Notes under the pieces: generated by a model
What the model saw: the letters and a program-made list of their open reading frames with translations, nothing else
Told to the model about the DNA's origin: nothing
Databases searched by the model: none
Made by a program: the position numbers and the translations under genes
Source of the DNA: a virus
Strand: one strand, 5' to 3'
Length of the DNA: 64,000 nucleotides
IMG/VR virus record: IMGVR_UViG_3300028780_000001
Part shown: one piece after another, positions 42,247-51,418 of the stretch
Numbering within the stretch: position 1 is the stretch's first letter
How the letters are laid out: each line of letters opens with the position of its first letter

Positions 42247-43575
42247 TCAAGCCCCCGTATACATCACAAAGACTGCTGCCAGATACGGCGGAACGATGCT
42301 GAATGCCGTACCGCTTCCGGTGTTGCCCGACGTCGCCGTGATGCTCGTACCCGCGCCATTGACCGAAATCGGAATCGTGTTCGCCGCGACCGATACGCCG
42401 GTACCGTTACCGAAGATCTCTATCCCGGTACCGCTTACGGCCGTCGCCATATTCCCGCTCTGCTGCTGAACCGTATTTCCGCCAGCCGCACCCTGACCGA
42501 GACCCGGCGAAGAGTTTACGATGTGTGCATGGCCGGGGTCACTAACCGCGTGCGCGTGTCCTGGATCGTTAACGACGTGCGCGTGTGCGCTTTGACTCAG
42601 GCCATGAGTATGACCGGGATCATTAACGTTGACCGGGTGATTATGTTGCGGCAAGTTACCGGTCGACAGTGTCGCGGTAGAAGAGCCCCCGGTCGCGCCA
42701 GCAGCGAGCGTCGGACCCGCGCCGATCGGGAATACGCCAGCATAGTTCGGCGTGCCGTTCAGGCCATTGCACAGGTGCCAGCCGGGTCCGTAAGCGGCCT
42801 GTACTGCCGCTTCGGTCGCCGTGCCGAACCACATCCGAATTTCGCCAATGACGTATTGTGTCGAGTTCGCCCAAATCTTCCATGCGGTCCACGATCCGTT
42901 TGAGCCGCCGCGCATGAATCCAAGGCCATTACGATCGCGATAGAACTGTGTGTAATAGGTCGTCGCGCCGTTCACCCATGACATGATCTCGAGTATCCCG
43001 GCTGCAGCCTGGTTGCCGCCATTCGACGGGGTATTTGGCGAGCCCGAAACGATTGCGTCCGACTGAAACTGAAACGTGCCCGAACTCAACAGCGTGTTGA
43101 AGTCGGTCGCCTGCGTAATCAGCATGACGCCGGGACCGCCGGGACCGCCGGAAGGCATTGGAACGTTTTTGATCATCTCGCCCGAACCCTGGATATATTC
43201 CCAGTTCGGAGAAGAGCCCGGCGCCGCGACATTTCCCGCGACCAGCGAGCGGTATGGTACGGGAACGCCAGAGCCATTAGCCGCAACTACTTCGGCGTAC
43301 TGTGCATATCCCCCAGGGAAGCCTGCATACCATGGCGGACGGTTCGACGTTTGCCATGCCTGCACGGCCAGCGTCAGGGCGTTGAAAAGATAGTTCTGAA
43401 TGCCGCGCTCGACCGCCTTCGCTTGCGGGTCGCCCGAGCCAAGATTGATTTCGTAATCGGGCGTATAGCCGTTTGCAAAGTTGACGAATCCGTTCGGATC
43501 GGTCGGCGGAATAACCGTCTGATCGCCCGCATTTGCGAAAGGCGTCAGGATAAGCGGCGGGACGATAAGTGCCAT
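42247..43575 (-). CDS. tail fibre protein with tail-collar domain and HxH repeats
   Basis: IGEIRMWFG...WHLCNGLNGTPNYAGVFP collar motif; DPGHxH repeats. Confidence 0.8.
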   Translation of the reverse strand: MALIVPPLILTPFANAGDQTVIPPTDPNGFVNFANGYTPDYEINLGSGDPQAKAVERGIQNYLFNALTLAVQAWQTSNRPPWYAGFPGGYAQYAEVVAANGSGVPVPYRSLVAGNVAAPGSSPNWEYIQGSGEMIKNVPMPSGGPGGPGVMLITQATDFNTLLSSGTFQFQSDAIVSGSPNTPSNGGNQAAAGILEIMSWVNGATTYYTQFYRDRNGLGFMRGGSNGSWTAWKIWANSTQYVIGEIRMWFGTATEAAVQAAYGPGWHLCNGLNGTPNYAGVFPIGAGPTLAAGATGGSSTATLSTGNLPQHNHPVNVNDPGHTHGLSQSAHAHVVNDPGHAHAVSDPGHAHIVNSSPGLGQGAAGGNTVQQQSGNMATAVSGTGIEIFGNGTGVSVAANTIPISVNGAGTSITATSGNTGSGTAFSIVPPYLAAVFVMYTGA

Positions 43576-43578
43576 TTG

Positions 43579-45267
43579 TTAGGACTCCTGGACAACAGCG
43601 TAAGCTGTACCGGCGCACTGCGGCATGATGCCGTATGCAGGATTGTTGAGGATATCGAGAAACTGCGAAGACAGATTCATGTTCGACCCGACGCGATATT
43701 CCATATAACCACCCTGTGTAAGCGCGGGAATTGCGCCGGGGGGTGCGGTTAGCGTGAAATCGACGTTCGAGCCGTTGCCCGTGCCGAACTGTTGCGGACC
43801 CGTCGTCGTTGCCCATTGCCACGTACCCGACCAATAAAGAATCGCGCCGGTAGAGGGTACGAACGACGTCACAACGGCGCCGGTCACGTCGTTTAGCGTG
43901 TAGTCGGTCTGACTCTCAACGGTGCCGCTGGTTCTGATAAGAAGACCGCCAACCGTACCCAGTTCAAGCTGCGGATACGACAAGGTAATGGCCTTGTTGG
44001 ACCCGGTCGGATCGGGCGTTACAACCGTCGCGGCGGTCGCACTGTTCCCGCTGTTGAACGAAATCTGAACACGGTACCAGCCGGGCGTATTGGTCGCGGA
44101 TATGGAAGCCGTAGCAGAGCCGCCAGCGACTGCAATCGTCGGCGTAGAGCCCCATGTAATCGTCGCGGTCGCCGGTCCGCACGCTACCTTTGATTGTGTC
44201 GCGGTTCCCGGCTCGATATAGCAAGACAGCACGTAAATCGTGTTCAGGGCGACCGTTGATGCCGGGCCTGTCATGGCGCCAGCCGCGCTCGTCGGGGTTA
44301 CCAGAACGCCGCCGTTGGCCGTACCGTCGATCCCTGTCTCGGTTGTCCTGGTTGCGTTCGCAACGGTCCACGACCCCGACGCGACGATGTCGGTGTTCGT
44401 GGATATCAGGTTCGTGCGCGACGAGGCAGACATCGGCAACGTTCCGCCGAAGCCCGTAATCGTGAGGGATTCTCCCGTCACGTTTTGAGCCGCCTGGGTA
44501 TTGTCGGTCAGGTAGAAATAAGTCCCGGCCGCGAAGTTCCATGGCTCGCCGCCATTGAAAATGTATTGCAGCATTTGGTTAATCCACTGCTGCCGACCGT
44601 TCGACACGAGAGCGACGTATCGAAGCTGGCACGCGTAGCGGATTTCACTCAATAGGCCGACGACATTCGAACCGCCGCCGTAGAAGTTGTTGCCCACTTC
44701 GTTGTAATTTTCCGAGTCCGATGGGATCAGACTGAACGATGTCGTCGTGCCGTCGCCCGTACCGAATACGCGCGGCTGCTGAATGATCATCATCTGACCG
44801 GTGTTCTGCTGCGTTACTGTTGCCGTCCACGTCAGGGTCGCGCCAAGGGCCGGGGGCGTCGTGAACGTTACCTCATCCGTGGTGATGTTAAGCGACCAGT
44901 CTGCCGCAGGAACCGTTGTTCCGGCTTTCTGGATTGCGAGTGTACTGCCGACAAACTGAATGGGTGCGACGTTGCCGCCACCGTCGAGGAAGTTTCCGCG
45001 TTGTGCGCCATAGGCGAACGCATTCGTGATTGGATCGAAAACAAAGATGTCAAGTGGAAGGCCCAAAATGATGCACCAGACAACGAGCCCGAAAGCGTTT
45101 GCCGTCTGAAGGTCGAAGACGTTCTCTTCCCAGTTTGACCAGAACGCGGTGTTGTATTTGGTGTACCAGGTCTGCTTCGCATTGATGATCGACTGAATGT
45201 TGGGCGCGTTGTTTTGCATCCACTTCAGCGAGCGGGTCAGGGACGGATTCCAGGGCGTCATACTCAT
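43579..45267 (-). CDS. baseplate-attached tail fibre/DUF2612-like protein
   Basis: Position after baseplate J; N-terminal WMQNNAPNIQSIINAK region as remembered for DUF2612. Confidence 0.55.
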   Translation of the reverse strand: MSMTPWNPSLTRSLKWMQNNAPNIQSIINAKQTWYTKYNTAFWSNWEENVFDLQTANAFGLVVWCIILGLPLDIFVFDPITNAFAYGAQRGNFLDGGGNVAPIQFVGSTLAIQKAGTTVPAADWSLNITTDEVTFTTPPALGATLTWTATVTQQNTGQMMIIQQPRVFGTGDGTTTSFSLIPSDSENYNEVGNNFYGGGSNVVGLLSEIRYACQLRYVALVSNGRQQWINQMLQYIFNGGEPWNFAAGTYFYLTDNTQAAQNVTGESLTITGFGGTLPMSASSRTNLISTNTDIVASGSWTVANATRTTETGIDGTANGGVLVTPTSAAGAMTGPASTVALNTIYVLSCYIEPGTATQSKVACGPATATITWGSTPTIAVAGGSATASISATNTPGWYRVQISFNSGNSATAATVVTPDPTGSNKAITLSYPQLELGTVGGLLIRTSGTVESQTDYTLNDVTGAVVTSFVPSTGAILYWSGTWQWATTTGPQQFGTGNGSNVDFTLTAPPGAIPALTQGGYMEYRVGSNMNLSSQFLDILNNPAYGIMPQCAGTAYAVVQES

Positions 45268-46526
45268 GACAGGTTCACCGTCACATTACCAATTTGCAAG
45301 TTGCCCTGCTGGAATCGGGTCATAACAACCTCGTACACATACGCGCCAGGGAAAGAAGGCGCGGCGTCGCCTTGCGGTACGCATGCTACCTGGCACGTCT
45401 TGACATAGAGACCCGGATACGCAGTAAGCACGGCGCCGCTCATTTCGAAGGCGTTCACATTGGCGCCCGCGACAAGGCCCGGCTCGCCCGCAACCAGACC
45501 ATCGGCATAGTCCAGAATCGACTGGGCGATATTCGGTGCTCCGGGGGACTGTTGCGGGGTCTGCTGTACCGTTATGTTCACATAGGCGTCGTACATGATG
45601 GGCGTCGTGAACAGGACATAATACGAGACGCCGGTAACCGGGTCTTGCGTCAAAACTCCGTTCGGGCTCTGAACCGGATTACCCATCCCTGCCGCACCAA
45701 AATCCCACGGGCATCCGCTATTGTGCGAGGCATACATTGCAGCGGCGACAGCAGCCGGAGAAGGCGTACCAGCGACGCACACCCAAAGTGCTGAACCCTT
45801 GGTAAATGTCACGCCCGCGACGACGCCCGGCGATCCGGTGTTGTTCTCGACGACCTGAACTGACGTTACATTCGGAACGTTCAACAGGTTCGCATAGACG
45901 GCAGCAGCGCTTGCTGTGCCCTGTACCGCGAGTTGCTGATTTCGCTGATTCTTAAGCTGGGGGTCGGTCAGTTGTGATGCGCCCGGCGTAACGGTCGTTC
46001 CGGTTGTGCATGTCACGGAGCCAATGCCAACCTGACCGTCGATAATCTCCATTGCCCCTAGCGGGAATGGTATTGCACCGAACGCCTGAGACTGGAAAGT
46101 TGCCGAGACCGTCCCGCTGTTCGGGATGTCGATCGCCGACAGGAGGGCGAACGCGTCGCCGTTTGGCGTTTGCACGCGCGAGCCAGCAGCCCATACAGTC
46201 GTTGCATCGCCCGCGACCACGACGCCTTGCGCCACCGTCGATTTGTTAGTGCCGCGACCAATGCCGAGCAGTGAGCACGTCGCGTCCAGAAAAGTCCCGT
46301 ACGCTAGTCCGGGGTTCTGCATGTTCGCTAGTTCGGCATTATTCTTCATGACTGAAGTACGCGCCGTCGTCTCGCTCGCGATCATTGTTCCTTGCGGCGT
46401 GCTCGCGTCAGTATCCAGGGTTGCGCCGAAAGCACCAGTCCATTCCCCTTCGACGTCCGACAAAAGATCGGTCGTGTCGATCGAAATCGTTCCGGTATCC
46501 AGAAGGTAAGTGTAGGAAGCGCTCAT
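45264..46526 (-). CDS. baseplate J-like protein
   Basis: Size, position, N-terminal pattern typical of Baseplate_J. Confidence 0.65.
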   Translation of the reverse strand: MSASYTYLLDTGTISIDTTDLLSDVEGEWTGAFGATLDTDASTPQGTMIASETTARTSVMKNNAELANMQNPGLAYGTFLDATCSLLGIGRGTNKSTVAQGVVVAGDATTVWAAGSRVQTPNGDAFALLSAIDIPNSGTVSATFQSQAFGAIPFPLGAMEIIDGQVGIGSVTCTTGTTVTPGASQLTDPQLKNQRNQQLAVQGTASAAAVYANLLNVPNVTSVQVVENNTGSPGVVAGVTFTKGSALWVCVAGTPSPAAVAAAMYASHNSGCPWDFGAAGMGNPVQSPNGVLTQDPVTGVSYYVLFTTPIMYDAYVNITVQQTPQQSPGAPNIAQSILDYADGLVAGEPGLVAGANVNAFEMSGAVLTAYPGLYVKTCQVACVPQGDAAPSFPGAYVYEVVMTRFQQGNLQIGNVTVNLS

Positions 46527-47302
46527 TATGTGATCATCCCGCCCGCCGTGCGCCCGCTCGTGCCGTCCTGCTCGTGGCCGTGCCCTGCGACGACGATGCT
46601 GTCAATGGTTGTCGAAGCAGGCAGGGTGCATACCTCGTCGCCGCTCGTTCCGGTCGCCGTGAAGCCGCCATTTACTGCGGTTAGGCCGGTCACGGTCAGG
46701 TTCTGATCGATCTGAAGATTTCCCGTGATCACTCCGTTACCGTTCAGAGTCCACGTTGGTGTGGTTACAGCGCACGAGCCCGGCGCGGTGATGTTTACGA
46801 CACCATCGCCGATACTGACCCGCGTCGTGCCATCGACCGACTGAATCACCATGTTCGCGGTGTCGGCGCCGTTAATCGTGTACTTTCGAAAGACGTCAGG
46901 AACGAACCAGGAATCTTCGAAGCGGTGCTTTCGATATGAATTTGGCGGGGCCGGTGAGAGATTTTCGAGGAAGGTCGAAATATCCTTGTCCGCCGCGAGA
47001 ATCCATCCCAAATCGCCCTTTTTCAGAGGGAAGTTGATATGAAAGCCGCCGCCGCCCAACGACAGAACCGGCGCGCTGGCAATCTGGTTACGCGCTCGCG
47101 TGTTGTCGTTCACGTCAACCAGCATCACGAGCGGCTGAACGGTCGCGACGTTGGTTGTTCGGTTGTAATTGATGACTTGCGCCGGAAGCAGCTTGTTCGT
47201 CTTCAGACCGTTTGCGTTAAACAGTGCAGCCATACCCGAAGCGAAAAAACTATTTTCGCCCGGCTGTTGATTAGCTAACGGTTTGTTCTGTAGAGACGAC
47301 AA
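46526..47302 (-). CDS. baseplate central spike (Gp138-N/gp5 OB-fold-like)
   Basis: LPAQVINYNRTTNVATVQP...GGGGFHINFPLKKGDLGWIL. Confidence 0.6.
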   Translation of the reverse strand: MSSLQNKPLANQQPGENSFFASGMAALFNANGLKTNKLLPAQVINYNRTTNVATVQPLVMLVDVNDNTRARNQIASAPVLSLGGGGFHINFPLKKGDLGWILAADKDISTFLENLSPAPPNSYRKHRFEDSWFVPDVFRKYTINGADTANMVIQSVDGTTRVSIGDGVVNITAPGSCAVTTPTWTLNGNGVITGNLQIDQNLTVTGLTAVNGGFTATGTSGDEVCTLPASTTIDSIVVAGHGHEQDGTSGRTAGGMIT

Positions 47303-47377
47303 AAGACACGCCCGAAAAAGGTCGATTACGGGCGATTTTACAGCGTCGATCGTCTATATTAAGGCCGAAACAGTAAT

Positions 47378-47896
47378 CTACTTTCGGCCCTTCTGCGCAT
47401 GCTCATTTGCGAATGCCTCGCTCACTCCCTTGGCGACCATAACGTCGAACATCTTGAGCGCGTCTTCGAGCGAGTAATATTCCTCAAGCTCGCGCAAACG
47501 CGCCATATCAGCCCCAAGGAGCGCGGCGATAACCGGATCGACATAGGCCGACTCACGCGTCGCTACACCCTGCCCATCGGCTGTAAATCGCGTCGGCACA
47601 CGAACCCCCTTCCACCCCCTTGCGATCGACCACGAGTGATCGCCGACCGTCTTCAGGAGCGCTTTTAGCACGATGCGTGGTGCGAGAACATCGGCTCGAT
47701 CGAGGACGTACTGATTCACCCGTTCGCGGCTGTCAAGCGCGACCCAGTCTTCGCCAACGAGCACGTCGGTAAATTCAAGGACTGCGAGTGGAGACGAGTC
47801 GACGTCAGTTGCCAGTTCGAGCGCACGCACGGCCGCAAACTGGCGGGTTCGATATGTCACGCCGAACATTTCAAAGGTCTTGGTCTTGGTAGCCAT
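47378..47896 (-). CDS. tail/baseplate protein, unknown
   Basis: ATGA-type coupling to upstream gene; in structural block. Confidence 0.45.
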   Translation of the reverse strand: MATKTKTFEMFGVTYRTRQFAAVRALELATDVDSSPLAVLEFTDVLVGEDWVALDSRERVNQYVLDRADVLAPRIVLKALLKTVGDHSWSIARGWKGVRVPTRFTADGQGVATRESAYVDPVIAALLGADMARLRELEEYYSLEDALKMFDVMVAKGVSEAFANEHAQKGRK

Positions 47897-48780
47897 TATG
47901 CAGGAGGCGCCCCGTTTGCCTTGATATCGAAAGGGGTATCGCGAGAAGTCAGATTATATTCAAGTGCGTAAATAACATATCCAACGTTATTAAGGCTGGG
48001 ATTCATCGTCGACACGAGGGTTGCCGCGCACGACAAAAGGAGTTGCGAATTAAAAAGCACTTCGAATTCGCATCCCCATTCATCCCAAAGTGGCATGTTA
48101 ATAAATTCGTCAAGCGTAACCTGACCGGCCGATGCAATGACCGCATTAACATCCTTGACATACAGGGTATTATTGTCTACATAAGCCGCAACATTAGGGC
48201 GGTAATATGACTGAAGGTCGACAAGCAAATCTCCGACGGTATGAACCGACGCGCCGGGGTTCGTAATGACCTGATCATCATAGCTCGTCTGGCAAGCCAG
48301 ATTGACGCCCATTTGCGCAGCGATAAAAGCCGCGTATGCCTTAAACGTCATTTGTCCCGGCGGAATCTGTGTGATGTACTGGACCTTGTTGATCTGCTGC
48401 GAATAAGCCGTGATCTTCACGGCCATATTCGGCAATTCTCCAATAGGACCGGCGAGCGCGACCTGACCGACGAACACCGTAATTACGTTAGATTGTTGAC
48501 CCGGATTAGAATAACCAGCCTGTACCGTCACGCCGATATAACTCTGTTGGGTCGCGTTCGGTTGCCCGTTTTCTATATTGCGCTTGTTCCACGCCGAAAA
48601 CTGGGTGATAAGGGACGCGCGAAGACTCACCGACAAATTTGTGACGACGACTTCGCACTGCTGCTGCTGCGCGAGCGCGGCTTTCGTAATCTTGACTTTC
48701 AGGTCAAGAGATTCGTCGAGCACCACATTACCCTGCGGCATTGCAAGGGTAATGGTCAGAACGCGGGTTCCCAACGGCAT
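47896..48780 (-). CDS. tail/baseplate hub-like protein
   Basis: Immediately downstream of tape measure. Confidence 0.5.
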   Translation of the reverse strand: MPLGTRVLTITLAMPQGNVVLDESLDLKVKITKAALAQQQQCEVVVTNLSVSLRASLITQFSAWNKRNIENGQPNATQQSYIGVTVQAGYSNPGQQSNVITVFVGQVALAGPIGELPNMAVKITAYSQQINKVQYITQIPPGQMTFKAYAAFIAAQMGVNLACQTSYDDQVITNPGASVHTVGDLLVDLQSYYRPNVAAYVDNNTLYVKDVNAVIASAGQVTLDEFINMPLWDEWGCEFEVLFNSQLLLSCAATLVSTMNPSLNNVGYVIYALEYNLTSRDTPFDIKANGAPPA

Positions 48781-48782
48781 GA

Positions 48783-50924
48783 TTAACCCTTTTCCTGATT
48801 CGTGACGCTATTCACAGCGTTTTGCATATGGTACTGCATGCGGTCGTCGATCGCTTTCGCGAGTGTTTTTGCGTCCATTCCCGCACCGCTGATATAGAAA
48901 TTCATCGTTGGCGGCGTTGCCATGACCCCGCCGACACGCTGCGCGGTGAGTGATGTCGAGCCGTTCGATCCGTCGATAATCTGCTTCTTGTACGTTTCCA
49001 TCGCCGCGAGCCCGCGCTGCGCGACGAGAAGCTGATTCTTGAAATCGGCGATCTGTATTTGCGACAGGCCGATCGGATTCTGAAGGCGCGAGTTCGCCTG
49101 GTTCGCGCTATTCAGATAGCCCGCTTCGAGGTTATCGACGGTGTATTGGACGTCGCCTTTACCGATACCGCCTTGCTTCAACTGCTGCACGGGAACGCCC
49201 AGCGCGCCCGCGATCGCGTTCTGTACCTGTGTGAGCATGAGTGTGTCGCGGTTCTGGCCGATACCCGAACTCGAACCGCCGTAGTGCCCGGCGACTTTCG
49301 CTTGATAGTTAGGGTCGGAATTGCCGTTGTAATAGCCAAGTCCCTTCGACACATCGCCGCCAGCACGCTTCAGGCTTTCCGCGTAGATGCGGGCGCCAAC
49401 CATGATGTTCGCGCCCGGGTCCATTACGTCGGAGCCGCCGCCATAGGCTTTCCAGTTGCCCTTCGTTACCTGCATAAGACCGCCCGCGCCGGTCGACGAA
49501 TACTGACCGTTTCGACCGTGCGATTCAGTCTGCATGATCGCATAGAGCATTTGCGGATCGAGCCCGTACGCCGCTGCGCCCGCTGCAATTTGCGCGCTGT
49601 ACTGGCTATTTTTCCAGTCGCCGTTACCTCCGCCGCTCGTCGACATGTTGGACGGACCAGACGAGCCAGAGGCGCCCTTGACGCCCCCCGCCTGCCCGAT
49701 GTTACCCGCCCATGCCGCCCACGCCTGGTGAATGTCCACGGCCTGTGAGAACGACGCTACGGACGCCGCGAACAGGTTCATTGCAAGCGTCGTCTGGTTG
49801 GCCGTCTGGATACCGGCCTTGTTCGACTCGTCCATCTTGTCGACGATATCGCTTGCTTTTTTCTGCTCTTTTTTCTTGTCTTCGGCCTGCTTCGTTTCAG
49901 CCTGTTTTTGAGCAGGCGACGGCGCGTCGGGAATCCAGAAGTGGCCCGGTCCAAAGTGACCAGGGCCGGTCGCGCCAGGTGTCGACGATGCGGGTTGACT
50001 GGGTACAAAGTGGCCGTTGACGATTTTCCCGGGTGTCGGCGCGTTTGGCGTCGTTACCTTGTTCATTGCGTCGACGATCTTCGTGATCCATCCAACGAAC
50101 TTTTCTGCGGCGGGTAACAGGTGCTCACCGAGCGATATTTCGAGTTCGTTTATCGTTTCCTTGAACTTTCCAAGCTCGTCGTTAAATTTTGCGAGACTAT
50201 CTTCTGACTGCTGGCGTTGCGTGATTTCTGTCGTCGTAAGCTGGTTGATGTCGCCGATCGCCGGTCCAAGCTTTTGAAGCGTCAAAAGCCAGTCCTGAGA
50301 GAAGCCGGTCGACTTCGCGATACCCTTCACCTGATCGGACGACTTGCCTTGAAGCGACGAAGCAATCTGGCGCATTTCGTCGTTCAGACCGGTCGGCTTA
50401 TCGTACGATCCCGGATCGACGCCAAGGAACTGCTTCATTTGGAAACGCTTCATTCCCGACGGATCGGCGAACGCGTCATTCGACATTTGCGACAGGCGCT
50501 TGACGCCTTCTAGCGCACCGTCACGGCTCACCATGCCGCCCGAGCCATTGGCGAAGGCTCGTTGGTAGTTCTCGATCCGCAAGCCCGACACACCCAGTTG
50601 CATTCCCGCCGCGCGCTGGGCGTTAAATTGCTCGCGAAGGTCCATTACCGACTTGACGCCGATCGCGAGTGCGCCAACTGCGACGGCTGCGACGGCGAAT
50701 TCGGCGCCTAGACCCTTGACGGCGGTCGCGACGGCGTTCAATCCCGGAACCATTTGATCGAGTTCCTTCGCCGCGCCGGATGCGAACTCTTTAAGCCCCT
50801 TACCGGCCTTCGACCCCGATTTTTCTACACCGTCCATCTTCGTCTGTAGCTTCTCAAGACGAGAAATACTGTCTTTTAGCTCGACGGTGTACTGAAGTAC
50901 GAACTTGTCAAGATCGTCGGCCAT
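48783..50924 (-). CDS. tail tape measure protein with lytic transglycosylase (SLT) domain
   Basis: Helical Ala/Gly-rich N-terminus; IMQTESHGRN...GLMQV...YYNGN. Confidence 0.85.
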   Translation of the reverse strand: MADDLDKFVLQYTVELKDSISRLEKLQTKMDGVEKSGSKAGKGLKEFASGAAKELDQMVPGLNAVATAVKGLGAEFAVAAVAVGALAIGVKSVMDLREQFNAQRAAGMQLGVSGLRIENYQRAFANGSGGMVSRDGALEGVKRLSQMSNDAFADPSGMKRFQMKQFLGVDPGSYDKPTGLNDEMRQIASSLQGKSSDQVKGIAKSTGFSQDWLLTLQKLGPAIGDINQLTTTEITQRQQSEDSLAKFNDELGKFKETINELEISLGEHLLPAAEKFVGWITKIVDAMNKVTTPNAPTPGKIVNGHFVPSQPASSTPGATGPGHFGPGHFWIPDAPSPAQKQAETKQAEDKKKEQKKASDIVDKMDESNKAGIQTANQTTLAMNLFAASVASFSQAVDIHQAWAAWAGNIGQAGGVKGASGSSGPSNMSTSGGGNGDWKNSQYSAQIAAGAAAYGLDPQMLYAIMQTESHGRNGQYSSTGAGGLMQVTKGNWKAYGGGSDVMDPGANIMVGARIYAESLKRAGGDVSKGLGYYNGNSDPNYQAKVAGHYGGSSSGIGQNRDTLMLTQVQNAIAGALGVPVQQLKQGGIGKGDVQYTVDNLEAGYLNSANQANSRLQNPIGLSQIQIADFKNQLLVAQRGLAAMETYKKQIIDGSNGSTSLTAQRVGGVMATPPTMNFYISGAGMDAKTLAKAIDDRMQYHMQNAVNSVTNQEKG

Positions 50925-50934
50925 TTATTGAATC

Positions 50935-51384
50935 CTAGTTACCCTGTTGCGCCGCGAGACCGATAGCCGGTCCCATAATGCGAGTGATTTCGACCGCGAA
51001 AGATGTCGCCATTTCGGCGCCAGCCTTCTCCCAAAACACGGGCCGGTCGGCGTGCGTCTTGGGGTCGATGCCGTTGTGTTCGAGGATTGCTTCGAAGACG
51101 CTCTCGACGTTTTGCCACGACCCAAGATGGTTGTCGATCAGTTGCGGCGTCTTCATTTCGATGCGCGCGCCGTTGTTTATCACGACCGCATAGGCGAGCA
51201 CTTCGAGCGTGTAGGCGCGACGGAATGTCTTGTCGTGCGACGCCGCGAACTCGACAAAACGCTGCTGGATATCCCATCCGTCGAGCGCCGGGAAGCGACT
51301 GATTTCGACGGCACGTTTTGTTCCGTCGGGAAGCGTAATTTCAAAATTCATGCGGAAGCCCAAAGGAAGGTCGACAAAGAGCAC
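50935..51384 (-). CDS. tail assembly chaperone-like protein
   Basis: Small acidic protein directly upstream of tape measure. Confidence 0.5.
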   Translation of the reverse strand: MLFVDLPLGFRMNFEITLPDGTKRAVEISRFPALDGWDIQQRFVEFAASHDKTFRRAYTLEVLAYAVVINNGARIEMKTPQLIDNHLGSWQNVESVFEAILEHNGIDPKTHADRPVFWEKAGAEMATSFAVEITRIMGPAIGLAAQQGN

Positions 51385-51418
51385 TCATTATCGACCCCCT
51401 TCGAGTTGCGGGCAAGCT

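Noticed and set aside
41921-42250. 109-aa minus-strand ORF at the convergent junction, with a hydrophobic stretch
   Set aside because: It would contain the 12-bp terminator stem and overlap about 150 nt of the endolysin 3' end. It has no RBS and is more likely a shadow frame, though a small membrane protein cannot be fully excluded.
50925-51384. Search for a programmed frameshift (G/GT-type) in the tail chaperone gene
   Set aside because: The alternative frames (50925-51125, 50939-51277) end within a few codons of the chaperone stop, so no extended fusion product is possible. I also saw no slippery heptamer.
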